Assembly (NCBI GenBank): GCA_963666985.2 | Contig: CAXXIA010000002.1 | Coordinates: forward strand, 128,001-192,000 | Origin: Spirochaetia bacterium | GTDB lineage: Bacteria > Spirochaetota > Spirochaetia > DSM-2461 | DNA: 64,000 bases | Direction of reading: 5' to 3' | Shown here: piece after piece, positions 20,693-30,083 of the stretch | Layout: every line of letters begins with the position of its first letter | Numbering within the stretch: position 1 is the first letter of the stretch | Made by a program: the position numbers and the translations under genes | Notes under the pieces: model-generated | The model's input: only the letters and a program-made list of their open reading frames with translations | Databases searched by the model: none | Told to the model about the DNA's origin: nothing

Positions 20693-20894
20693 TCACAACG
20701 ATGTGAACCGAATGCCCCCGCCCGCGGAAGCGCAGGCGGTGCAGGCGGCCGGCTGCTTTGCCGCGGGTTGCCTGCCGCAAACCGCCGGCCGCGGTCCGGG
20801 AATGAAATCGGCAACGCAGATAAAACCGGCCGCCGGTGAATGAACACATACCGGATAAGCGGCCGCAATTCAAACACGAAGGGACGGACAAAAC

Positions 20895-22583
20895 ATGCCG
20901 CAGCAGCTCAAGAGAGTCTTCTTAACCCCCAAAGGCGTCGTCAGACCCGCCGTCTTTTTCCTTGTTCCGGCGCTCTTTTACGGTTTCAGTGCGGCACGTT
21001 CGCCCCTTTGGCTGGATGCGACGCTCATTTTGGACTCGGCCCGAAACCTAACCTTGAGCGCCTGGGTGAATATTCACAATCTCTTCAATGTTCTGGGCTT
21101 TCTCTGGCTGAAAATCTTCTTTTGGGCAGATCCGTGTTATGCCCTGACACTGCTGGCCGCTCTTTTCGGAGCTCTGACGGTTCTCTTCTTTTACCTGATC
21201 TTTCTGGAATTCTCCAATAAACCTCTATTTCCGGCGGCCGCGGCGCTGGCGGTTATGATGTCCCACTCGCTGTGGTGGCATTCGTCCATCATCGAGGTCT
21301 ACACCCTCAACGCTTTTCTCATTTCTCTCATGGTGTTCGCCCTGGTTCGCTGGGAAGCAAGCGGGAAACCGGGTTATCTGCCTCTGGCTTTCGGCGCTCT
21401 GGGTCTGGGGGTGAGCAATCATGTTTTGATGGGCTTATTTGTTCCGGCCTTCATTCTGATGCTGCTGTGGAACCGATTTATTATGAAACGGCGAATCGGC
21501 ATCAAATTTTTTCTGATCTCGCTTCTGTGTCTTCTAGCCGGCGGAGGTCTCTATGCCTTCGTGTTCTTCAGGGATGTCGCCGGGAACATGAACTCGGCCG
21601 CAGCTTTCATGGAAGCCTTCGGCAGAACATGGCTGAAAGCCACCGGCGGCGAATTCAGGGACTATATGTTTACCGAAAACCTTTCGCCGCGGGAATTACG
21701 GTTCTGGCGATGGAATTACCCCTTCCTCTGGCTGATGAATTTTCCTTCGGCCGCGATTCTTCTGGGCTTCTATGGGCTGATTCGCTGGCTGCGAAACCGT
21801 GAAATGTCGGGTAATCTGATCTTTCTTTTAACCGCAATGGCGGCGCAGATTCTTTGGTCGGCGAATTATTTCATCTGGGATATGTTCGCTTTTTCCATGC
21901 CGGTTTATCTGATGTTCGGCGTATTTGCAGGCTACGGATTAATCAAGCTGACAGAAGCAGGCCGCCGCGGCACAATTTCGGCATACATTGCCGTGCCGAC
22001 ATTTTTCATTCCGCTTTTTCTCTATCCGGCACTCGGCCGCGCCGGAGGAGAAGGAACGGACGTTCGACAATATTTCAGTCATTACGAGGTTGTCCCCACC
22101 GTGAGACCCGTTTGGGATCCGGAGCCCTATATCATCAATCCCTGGAAAAGGAACTACGATAATGTGGAGCAGGTGATGCGGCCCCTTTTGGAAAAGCTTC
22201 CCGAAGACGCCGTCCTTCTCGCGGGCGATCCTACGGTGGACTTCCCTTTACGGTATTACTATCTGCCCGTTCTCGGGGAAAGGCCGGATATCGAGTTGCG
22301 ATCCGTTTTCCTTCCGTTCATGAATGAAAAACGGGCACTGAGTGAAGCACGGAGTCTGCTCAGGATTCTACAGTCGGGCCGCAGCATCTGGTTTGTCTCG
22401 CCGGCCTACCCGGAACGGGCCGTTCTTCTCGCTCTGGCGGCGCTGGCCGATTCATCAACGGATGTAAAACGATTGGCGGGTCTGGATGATGAGGCCTTCA
22501 TCGCGTCATACGATGCCTGGCCGCTGAGCGCGGAAAATCTTACCCCGGACGGGTCGGTGAAACTTTACCGACTGTCGCCTTAA
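20895..22583 (+). CDS. DUF2723 / TMEM260-like GT-C fold membrane protein
   Basis: Polytopic membrane protein with LWWHSSIIEVYTLN and GLGVSNH motifs. Confidence 0.7.
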   Translation: MPQQLKRVFLTPKGVVRPAVFFLVPALFYGFSAARSPLWLDATLILDSARNLTLSAWVNIHNLFNVLGFLWLKIFFWADPCYALTLLAALFGALTVLFFYLIFLEFSNKPLFPAAAALAVMMSHSLWWHSSIIEVYTLNAFLISLMVFALVRWEASGKPGYLPLAFGALGLGVSNHVLMGLFVPAFILMLLWNRFIMKRRIGIKFFLISLLCLLAGGGLYAFVFFRDVAGNMNSAAAFMEAFGRTWLKATGGEFRDYMFTENLSPRELRFWRWNYPFLWLMNFPSAAILLGFYGLIRWLRNREMSGNLIFLLTAMAAQILWSANYFIWDMFAFSMPVYLMFGVFAGYGLIKLTEAGRRGTISAYIAVPTFFIPLFLYPALGRAGGEGTDVRQYFSHYEVVPTVRPVWDPEPYIINPWKRNYDNVEQVMRPLLEKLPEDAVLLAGDPTVDFPLRYYYLPVLGERPDIELRSVFLPFMNEKRALSEARSLLRILQSGRSIWFVSPAYPERAVLLALAALADSSTDVKRLAGLDDEAFIASYDAWPLSAENLTPDGSVKLYRLSP

Positions 22584-22615
22584 TAACGGACTTTTTTCCG
22601 AAAGATCCGCAAAAA

Positions 22616-23839
22616 TCAGCGTCCGTGATCCCGCCGGGCTTCACGGCGGATTTCCATTTTCTTGTAGTATTCGGCCGATTTCTTTATTTGTGAGATATCG
22701 GATGAATACAATTTATTATCAACCACCGAGAGATCCTTGCTCTCCAGCAGCGTGGAGATGGCGCCGCGTCCGGTATCCTTGGGCAGCCCGACGGAATTCA
22801 GCAGATCGTTGGGGCCCAGTCGGAAGGTGTAGGACATGCGCGCGGTCAAATCCATTCTTTCTTTTTCAAGTTCCAGGACCAAACAGTCGTAAAGACGCCC
22901 GACGGGATCTTCAATAAGCGTGTTTTTCAGCTGCCGGTAGAGAGTCCAGATCCGCTCGGCGAGTGTCGATGTGAGGCGGGAAATAACCTTGGGCTGTTCC
23001 ACGACCATCCCTTTGAAATTGGCGCGGTTCACCGCCATGAGCACGGAATCCTCGTTGGCGATGGCCGAGGCGCTTCGCGGCTTATTCTCCAAAAGGGCCA
23101 TCTCACCGAAAATGTCGCCGGCCTTCAGCAAGGCTAAAAGCACTTCATTGTCGTTGACGATTTTGGTAATGCGGATGCTGCCCTTCTGAATAATGTAAAG
23201 CTCCGGGCCGCTTTCTCCCTCGGCGAAAAGCATGGTGTCTTTGGGATATTGACGAATGAACTGATCGGTCGCCGGCTTCAAATTGGCCGTTTTGGCATAG
23301 GGCTTTATTTTCGCCATCCGCTGTTTGGCCGTTTCAACGTTGGAACCGTAAGGATTGGCCAAACAGTATTTATAGTAAGCATAGAACGCCTGGTTGAACT
23401 GACTTTGGCGCGCGTAATACTCGCCCACCTGGAAAAGATGGCGTTCGTCGGCTTCAACCGAACTCTTAAAGGTCAGACGGGTTAAGGCCTGATCCAGCAG
23501 CCGTACCTGTTTGGAGAACCCGTTGATGATTTTCATCGCCACGGGGGTATTCCGTTCAATAAGAAGGGAATATTGATCGGAACGAACGGAGATAAGGGTA
23601 CAATCATCCAGAGCCACGGCATTGTCGATATGATTGTGGCTGGACATGGTGGAAACAACGCCGAAGAAATCACCCGGTTTCAGGACGGTTTCATCCTCTT
23701 CCTCAGGGATTTCCAAATCTTTTTCGATGCGTACGCGGCCCGAACGAATAATATAAAATTGATCGGCCCGCTTTCCCTCGATGGTGATGTATGCGCCTTT
23801 GTTGTAACTCACCAGCCCCAGCTGTAAAGGGTTGCTCAT
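22616..23839 (-). CDS. tandem cyclic-nucleotide-binding domain regulator (Crp-like) with central TPR-like segment
   Basis: Two cNMP domains (FYIIRSG..DFFG; LYIIQKG..IFGEMALLENKPRSASA) flanking LFQVGEYY..QAFYAY. Confidence 0.88.
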   Translation of the reverse strand: MSNPLQLGLVSYNKGAYITIEGKRADQFYIIRSGRVRIEKDLEIPEEEDETVLKPGDFFGVVSTMSSHNHIDNAVALDDCTLISVRSDQYSLLIERNTPVAMKIINGFSKQVRLLDQALTRLTFKSSVEADERHLFQVGEYYARQSQFNQAFYAYYKYCLANPYGSNVETAKQRMAKIKPYAKTANLKPATDQFIRQYPKDTMLFAEGESGPELYIIQKGSIRITKIVNDNEVLLALLKAGDIFGEMALLENKPRSASAIANEDSVLMAVNRANFKGMVVEQPKVISRLTSTLAERIWTLYRQLKNTLIEDPVGRLYDCLVLELEKERMDLTARMSYTFRLGPNDLLNSVGLPKDTGRGAISTLLESKDLSVVDNKLYSSDISQIKKSAEYYKKMEIRREARRDHGR

Positions 23840-23959
23840 GCCGTCTCCAGAATACCGGTCCTTTTTTGTGCCCGGCCGATTCAATTATCGGCCGAAAACC
23901 ATCCTATTAAGGATAAACTATTCTAAGGATCGCAGGGAACCACCGTCAAGCGATTCAAC

Positions 23960-25261
23960 TTAGAGACCGGGATACAGAGGAAACTCATCGCAAAGCTTCT
24001 TCACCTGGGCGGATATGGACGCGAGTTTTTTCTCATCGCCGCCGCTTTTTAAAGCCTCAATCATATAACCGGCGATCAAAGGCATCTGAGCCTCGCCCAT
24101 TCCTCGGCTGGTTACCGCCGGTGTTCCCACCCTGATGCCCGATGAAATCCTGGGCGGCTGAGGATCGAAGGGAATAGCATTTTTATTCACCGTTATTCCG
24201 GCCAAATCCAGCCAGATTTCGGCATCTTTACCGGTAACGTTCAAAGAACCGAGGTCCACGAGCATCAAATGGTTGTCGGTTCCGCCGGAAACCAATCGCA
24301 CTCCGCCTGAAATTAAGGCTTTGGCCAGAACTTGGGCATTCACCCTTACTTGAGCCTGATAGGATTTGAAATCGGGCTGGAGAGCCTCTTTAAAGGCCAC
24401 GGCCTTGGCCGCGATGATATGCATCAGCGGACCGCCCTGGATGCCGGGGAAGATAACGCTGTCGATAAGCTCGCCGATACGCTTGGTTCTTCCGGATTTC
24501 GGGGCGACGATGCCCATGTCGTTTTCAAAGTCCTTTCCAGCGAGAATCATGCCGCCGCGAGGCCCTCGAAGTGTTTTATGGGTTGTTGTGGTGGTGATAT
24601 GGGAATAAGGCACAGGAGAGGGGTGCTCACCGGCGGCGACAAGTCCGGCGATGTGGGCCATGTCCGTTACGAGCAGGGAACCCGCCTCATCGGCCACGGA
24701 GCGGAATTTCGCGAAATCGATAATACGGGGATAGGCCGACGCGCCGGCGACGATCACTCTGGGCTTATGTTCCAGAGCCAGAGCTCTCAGCTCATCATAA
24801 TCGATCGTTTCCGATTCTTTATTCACGCCGTAACTGACGATCTTGTAATCCTTACCGGAAAAACTCGCCGGAGAACCGTGTGTCAGATGACCGCCGTGGG
24901 CCAAGTTCATGCCCATAAGGGTATCGCCGTGCTTCATAACCGCGCGGAAAGCTCCCATATTGGCCTGGCTGCCGGCATGGGGCTGAACGTTCACGTATTC
25001 GGCGCCGAAAAGCTCCTTGGCCCGCTCTTTGGCCAATGTTTCGGCAACGTCCACATATTCACAGCCGCCGTAATATCGTTTGGAAGGATATCCTTCGGCA
25101 TATTTATTTGTTAAAACCGATCCCGCGGCTTCCAAAACAGCCCGGGAAACAAGATTCTCCGAGGCGATGAGTTCAAGGCGATCGCGCTGCCTGGCAAGCT
25201 CGTCCGTCATGGCACCGTGAAGTTCGGGATCAAATTCGGCAATCGTTCGATTATCGGGCAT
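23960..25261 (-). CDS. glyA: serine hydroxymethyltransferase
   Basis: [34 protein letters not shown] lysine; SD GGAGG. Confidence 0.98.
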   Translation of the reverse strand: MPDNRTIAEFDPELHGAMTDELARQRDRLELIASENLVSRAVLEAAGSVLTNKYAEGYPSKRYYGGCEYVDVAETLAKERAKELFGAEYVNVQPHAGSQANMGAFRAVMKHGDTLMGMNLAHGGHLTHGSPASFSGKDYKIVSYGVNKESETIDYDELRALALEHKPRVIVAGASAYPRIIDFAKFRSVADEAGSLLVTDMAHIAGLVAAGEHPSPVPYSHITTTTTHKTLRGPRGGMILAGKDFENDMGIVAPKSGRTKRIGELIDSVIFPGIQGGPLMHIIAAKAVAFKEALQPDFKSYQAQVRVNAQVLAKALISGGVRLVSGGTDNHLMLVDLGSLNVTGKDAEIWLDLAGITVNKNAIPFDPQPPRISSGIRVGTPAVTSRGMGEAQMPLIAGYMIEALKSGGDEKKLASISAQVKKLCDEFPLYPGL

Positions 25262-25352
25262 CTTTAAGAATCCTCCGGATGAGTCCGTCTTGGTTTTCGG
25301 TGCCCAAGAATATCCCGTGAAATCCGATGGTGACAAGGCCTATGGCCGTCTT

Positions 25353-25391
25353 AAAAAAACCGACGGGCCCATACAAATAGGCATCCGTCGG
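25353..25391 (-). terminator. intrinsic terminator after the NUP gene
   Basis: Minus strand CCGACGG..CCGTCGG stem followed by T7. Confidence 0.7.
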
Positions 25392-25401
25392 AGATTCTTA
25401 T

Positions 25402-26394
25402 TTATTCACGGGGAGACTGAACGCTCAGAGTATCCCAGTTCTCCAAAATCCGATCCACGATGGCCGATCCCACAAGAAATCCGTTGGTCATTCCCATGGA
25501 GAAACCGCCGGAGCTGGTGTCCAGACTTTCAAGAACACTCTGGCCGGGATGCGGCCGATCAAAATTCACGACATCACGAATCACTAAAAGACGATCAAGA
25601 AGTCCGAACCGCTTGGCGACGACTCCGAAGCCGTTGTCTTCCATCTGCGTCACCATGTATCGGTCGGCACCGTACTCGGCGCAGACTTCATCGGCGCGGG
25701 CGGAAGATCCGGGACCGTGCCAGTAATTATCACCCGTTACGGAAGAACCGCTTTGAACGGAAGGTAACGAATTGGCCGCCTTTTCCGTATAAAGAGCCCG
25801 ATACTCGGCGGCTTTTTCGCTATCGGTCAGCTCAATGCCGGAAACTTGTTGTTCGGCCCATTCCACCAATCCGCCGTTTAGCGGGATCAATCCCGACTCG
25901 GTATAGCTGTCGCACTTCAAAAACGTCCCTTCAATACCTTCGGGGGTATCGGATTCACTCCAGCCATGACCCAATTCATAGTCCACCAGATAAGTGGCGA
26001 TAACGACATCTCCCAAGGTCGTGCGGTCGGGTCCGGCTCCGCTGCATCCGGAAACAACGATGTAAGTTTGTGAAAAATCAAACCGGCCGTCGGAAAGAAT
26101 CGCCGTTAAGGTGGAAGCCGCCTGAGCCTTCCCCATACCGGTTACGGTTCCCGCGACTCCGTCGTTATTAATAAAAAGCGGATGCGGTATTCCCTTAATC
26201 TCGTAGGAATCGGCGTCTGAGAAATAGGCTTCATACCAATGCTGGAATTCTCCCGCGAAATCGCCCTCATACTCTCCGACTTCAAACATGGAGAGTTCCA
26301 AAACCTTAACCGCAATGGGATCCGGCACTCCGGCTGCCGAGACGGAAGAAGCGGCCCAAATCAAAGCAAAAAGAACAAAAAGAGTTTTTTTCAT
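25402..26394 (-). CDS. purine nucleoside permease (NUP family), signal peptide
   Basis: VKVLELSMFEVGE..GEFQHW, FDFSQTY, GDNYWHG, TQMEDN, NFDRP motifs. Confidence 0.85.
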   Translation of the reverse strand: MKKTLFVLFALIWAASSVSAAGVPDPIAVKVLELSMFEVGEYEGDFAGEFQHWYEAYFSDADSYEIKGIPHPLFINNDGVAGTVTGMGKAQAASTLTAILSDGRFDFSQTYIVVSGCSGAGPDRTTLGDVVIATYLVDYELGHGWSESDTPEGIEGTFLKCDSYTESGLIPLNGGLVEWAEQQVSGIELTDSEKAAEYRALYTEKAANSLPSVQSGSSVTGDNYWHGPGSSARADEVCAEYGADRYMVTQMEDNGFGVVAKRFGLLDRLLVIRDVVNFDRPHPGQSVLESLDTSSGGFSMGMTNGFLVGSAIVDRILENWDTLSVQSPRE

Positions 26395-26523
26395 TGTATG
26401 AATATCTCCTCCAAAAGAATTTCCATAGGAGAATCAATTCATAAAAAATCGAATTAATCACACGGTTCACGGCGTTAATGTCGATTAAACCTTCTTTGCC
26501 GCGCCGAAACGAATTTATTTTTC

Positions 26524-26549
26524 GGATTCCTACGGGAGCGTAGGAATCC
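26524..26549. repeat. perfect 11-bp hairpin, REP-like
   Basis: GGATTCCTACG-GGAG-CGTAGGAATCC; no downstream T-tract on either strand. Confidence 0.6.
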
Positions 26550-26619
26550 ACGGATCATCATCCGCTATAAGTGACTAAAAAGAAATGTGGATTCCCCAAT
26601 AAACGCACTAAGGCTCGGT

Positions 26620-28341
26620 TCAATAAACCGCCGTAGGCCGGGGAACAGGCCAAAGACTTTCATAACTCATTAAATTCCCGGTGGCTTCTTCATACGCCCC
26701 CTGAAGACTGTAATGATCGGACGGGATTGCCGGGCGCGAAGAAGGCTGCGTGGGCCCCGAGGAACGGATTCCGCGGGAGAAGGCGATATGATGATTATCC
26801 AAACCGCCGAAATAAAAATCGGCCGGACTTTGAATTTCCGTCTCTTCCGAGACTTCCGGAGCCTCATCATGACTCTTCGCGAAGTTCTCTGCGGCGCCGT
26901 CGCCGAGAGCCGGATCAACGGGCACCCATCCGAGTCCCTCAATCCAAACCTCGGCCCACCACCATTTCCTCGAATTGCCTTCGGCATCCATCAGGCAGCC
27001 TCCCACGGGCCGCGAAGGAACGCCGGCAGCCCGGGCTAAAGAACAAAAAAGAAAGCTGTAGCCTTCGCTGTCGGCGAGTTTGCTGGAAATGTAGTCGGAA
27101 ACAACCCGTGTCGGAGGATCGTCGCTCCAATCCAAGAGAGCGGCGACATAATCGTAAACGGCCCGGGATTTCAGCCAGTCGTTTCTGATATTTCCGACAA
27201 CGCGGGAAGCAACCCGGGCGACCGTTTCCGGCTTAATTTGGGAATCGGAGGCTAAAGCGGCCGCGATATCGGGATTCGACGGATCATAGGGCTCCAAGGC
27301 ATCGATGTTAACCGAAGCGCGAACACGGTCGACGGTAACAACAAGCTGACGCGATATGGTCCGAATCTCTTCCGGCTTAAGTTCCTCCAGGCGATAAAGG
27401 GAAAGACCGTCGGTTTCATGGATGAATTCAACGTCCTTTTCTTTTTCATTCCACTCACCGGCACTCATGTTCGGGCCGCTCAATTCCGGCGATTCGAGGA
27501 CAAGAGCCTCACCCTGCCCCGCTCCGGCCTCGGGTATCGGTATGTACATGTAAAGAGTATTCCCGGGGAAAGATCCGATTCTGCGAACGGAGACTTCTTG
27601 CCTTAGGGACCAGGTTACAGGATTATCTTTTATGAAGAATCCGGCTTCATCGGTAATATCGAATGATACGGGATTGCTGAAAGAACCGCCTTTACGGATG
27701 TAAATATTCCCCGTAGCGGCATTCTCCGGGATTCGGAAGCTGACGGCATCATCCGCCCACCTTTCAACCGATTGGATTTCCAAGTACTTTCCGACATCGG
27801 GCGGTTCGGAACCCACGGGCGCATCCGGATCGGAACGATTCACCAAAATCGCACCGCCGCCTCTTCTGCCGCCGAATCCCTCACCCCGCAGGGTTACCAA
27901 AGTCCCGGCGGCTCCCTCTTGCGGTTCGGCATACTCAACATAGGGAGCACCCGGGAGCCAGGAGCCGTATTCGACGCGAGGAAAACGGTTCGCGTCTCCG
28001 AGAACAACCCCCTCGGAAAGACCGGAGCGGGTTTTAACCTTTACAAGTATGGCTCCGTCGTTCCGGGGAACTCTGGCGAGAATGCGATTGTCGCTCCACT
28101 CCAGGAGGCCCGTCGAAGTCAGGGCATGAGAGCCGATAAAGAGTTTGGAACCGTCGCTTTCATTACCGAAATGCTCTCCCAGTATTTCAAGCTTGTCGCC
28201 GGATGACGCGGAGATTCTGTCCAATTCCCGAATAACGGGTTTCCGCTGATATCGAAAGAACAGGATAAAAAAAACGGCCAAAGCCGCTCCGAAGAGAATC
28301 GCGGGCAGCCATCTGAGAATCGCCTTTACGGAAAGTCCCAC
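26620..28341 (-). CDS. membrane-anchored transglutaminase-like protein with IPT/TIG domains
   Basis: N-terminal TM, two IPT-like repeats (GDKLEILGEHFG; GTLVTLRGEGFG), SLARAAGVPSRPVGG..WAEVWIEGLGWVPVDP core. Confidence 0.8.
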   Translation of the reverse strand: MGLSVKAILRWLPAILFGAALAVFFILFFRYQRKPVIRELDRISASSGDKLEILGEHFGNESDGSKLFIGSHALTSTGLLEWSDNRILARVPRNDGAILVKVKTRSGLSEGVVLGDANRFPRVEYGSWLPGAPYVEYAEPQEGAAGTLVTLRGEGFGGRRGGGAILVNRSDPDAPVGSEPPDVGKYLEIQSVERWADDAVSFRIPENAATGNIYIRKGGSFSNPVSFDITDEAGFFIKDNPVTWSLRQEVSVRRIGSFPGNTLYMYIPIPEAGAGQGEALVLESPELSGPNMSAGEWNEKEKDVEFIHETDGLSLYRLEELKPEEIRTISRQLVVTVDRVRASVNIDALEPYDPSNPDIAAALASDSQIKPETVARVASRVVGNIRNDWLKSRAVYDYVAALLDWSDDPPTRVVSDYISSKLADSEGYSFLFCSLARAAGVPSRPVGGCLMDAEGNSRKWWWAEVWIEGLGWVPVDPALGDGAAENFAKSHDEAPEVSEETEIQSPADFYFGGLDNHHIAFSRGIRSSGPTQPSSRPAIPSDHYSLQGAYEEATGNLMSYESLWPVPRPTAVY

Positions 28342-28345
28342 GAAG

Positions 28346-28939
28346 TCAGTCGCCCGCCGCCGACAAATCAAAAAGCGCCGAAGTTTCCAATGAGGATTCC
28401 AAGGTTGCCCTGGCATCATCATCCAGGGTTTCAAGATAAGGCACGACATCGATCGTCATGCGTATTTCAACACTGTTATCGGTCATAGGATCCGCCCGTC
28501 CCAACGGATAATAATACACCTCGTCCCGATACTCTATTCTCATGCTGGAAAGGTCGTTGGAATAGCCGTCCTTTGTCCGGGTTTCACTCTTGGCTACAAG
28601 GAAAAGGGAATCATCGTCCAGGGGATAAAGCGTAAAATGCACCTCAAGCTGCGAATCGTATCCTTCAAGACCGACGGTAATCGCCCGGCCCGGGATGGTA
28701 ATTTTCCGAACCGTCGTCGTCCAAGGCTCCGCGTCGCTTTCCGGCACCTCAACAACGACATCGCAATGAAAAAGCAGAGCGTCGGCAAGGAGTTTGGCGG
28801 CGGCAAGGCCGAGGTTTTCATCCTCCGCGGCATCTTGAGCCTGTACGGGAACATTAAGAAGCAGCGCCATCAACAGTGCGAATACGGTCTCGGCAAAGAA
28901 TGGAATACGCCGAAAGATTCCGAATGCTTTTCCGCTCAA
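28346..28939 (-). CDS. hypothetical exported protein (ECF operon)
   Basis: Signal-peptide-like N-terminus; start overlaps the anti-sigma stop (ATGA). Confidence 0.75.
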   Translation of the reverse strand: MSGKAFGIFRRIPFFAETVFALLMALLLNVPVQAQDAAEDENLGLAAAKLLADALLFHCDVVVEVPESDAEPWTTTVRKITIPGRAITVGLEGYDSQLEVHFTLYPLDDDSLFLVAKSETRTKDGYSNDLSSMRIEYRDEVYYYPLGRADPMTDNSVEIRMTIDVVPYLETLDDDARATLESSLETSALFDLSAAGD

Positions 28940-29484
28940 GGGGCCCCCTTGAGAACCGCGGGACGAACCATTTGCGGTTCGCCGATACGCGAAAGAGGCA
29001 ATTCGGCGGGCAGTGTATGAATGGCTTCGCTCTTGGATGCATCGCCGCCTTCCAAAAGAGCAAGAAACTGATCCAAGTCTCCGGGAGTAATGGTGAACGA
29101 AACAACCGTCGGAACCTGAGTGCGGGATTCCAGAAGAACCACATCGGGCATTTTGCTCCTGCCGACGGGAACAAAATTAAAAATCACGGCCGCAAGAAAT
29201 AAGGCGGCCGCGGCCGCGGCAAGAGGAAGCGGCAGCGAAATTCGACGGGGCGTATTGAGTCGATGCACCCGTGAACGGCCCACATAGTCCCAAAATTCCT
29301 CCAGAGTCGGCGCTTCGTTCAATACGGCCGCGTCGGAGTTCAGAAAGATTCGCTGAGAGGCAAAAAGCTCCAGCGTGGCACGGCAGGCCGGACAGGAAGC
29401 TACATGCTCGGCCGTTTGAGCGGCACGATCATCGGAGAGTTCTCCATCGAAATACTCGGAAAGTGTTGATGCATCAGGGCACAT
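28936..29484 (-). CDS. zinc-binding anti-sigma factor (zf-HC2) with one TM
   Basis: MCPDASTLSEYFDGEL..HVASCPAC HxxxCxxC motif, then a TM helix. Confidence 0.9.
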   Translation of the reverse strand: MCPDASTLSEYFDGELSDDRAAQTAEHVASCPACRATLELFASQRIFLNSDAAVLNEAPTLEEFWDYVGRSRVHRLNTPRRISLPLPLAAAAAALFLAAVIFNFVPVGRSKMPDVVLLESRTQVPTVVSFTITPGDLDQFLALLEGGDASKSEAIHTLPAELPLSRIGEPQMVRPAVLKGAP

Positions 29485-30004
29485 AGATATCCCCCTTGCT
29501 AAGGACATTGGACAGATGCTGCCGAGCCCTAAAAACTCGGATCTTAACATTATTCTCCGAAATATGAAGGATACGGGCAATATCGGCATACTGGTAACCG
29601 GCGTATTCCTTCAAAATCAGAGCCACCCTCAGCTTATACGGCACGGAAAGCAAAGCTTCCCGAACCTGTTGTTTTGATTCCTCCGTAAGGACAAGACTCT
29701 CACCGTCGTTTTCCGCGTTTTCCCTCGGCTGATGGGAATAGACGCGATACGCTTCACGCTCGCGTCCCTGGCGCTTTTCGTAATTAAACGCCAGATTTTT
29801 TACAACTCTGATAAGCCAAAAACGCGCTTCTTCTCCGACGGGAAGCTTATCCCTACGCTCATAATACCTTAAAAAAGCTTCTTGGCAGAGTTCTTCGGCC
29901 ACCTCCCTCCGCCCGCAAATGCGGAAGGCCACTCTCAGGAGATCCGAATAAAAAACGTCAAACAGTTCGGCAAACGCCGACTCTCGGAATTCTCCGTCAC
30001 TCAT
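29474..30004 (-). CDS. ECF RNA polymerase sigma factor
   Basis: AEELCQEAFLR, WLIRVVKNLAFN (region 2); YQYADIARILHISENNVKIRVFRAR (region 4). Confidence 0.93.
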   Translation of the reverse strand: MSDGEFRESAFAELFDVFYSDLLRVAFRICGRREVAEELCQEAFLRYYERRDKLPVGEEARFWLIRVVKNLAFNYEKRQGREREAYRVYSHQPRENAENDGESLVLTEESKQQVREALLSVPYKLRVALILKEYAGYQYADIARILHISENNVKIRVFRARQHLSNVLSKGDIYVP

Positions 30005-30083
30005 GATAACAACCGAAAGCCGGAGACGTTACCGCAATTCCGCGAAGATTTTCCGATTACGCTCGACTCGTTCAAAATGAGGC

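Noticed and set aside
25262..25401. Possible ZMP/ZTP riboswitch upstream of glyA
   Set aside because: The region is explained by the NUP terminator plus a TTGTCA-18-TATTCT promoter, and I see no ZTP aptamer consensus
26395..26620. Possible purine riboswitch upstream of the nucleoside permease
   Set aside because: No purine-aptamer core (TATAAT..GG..GTTTCTACC) on the minus strand
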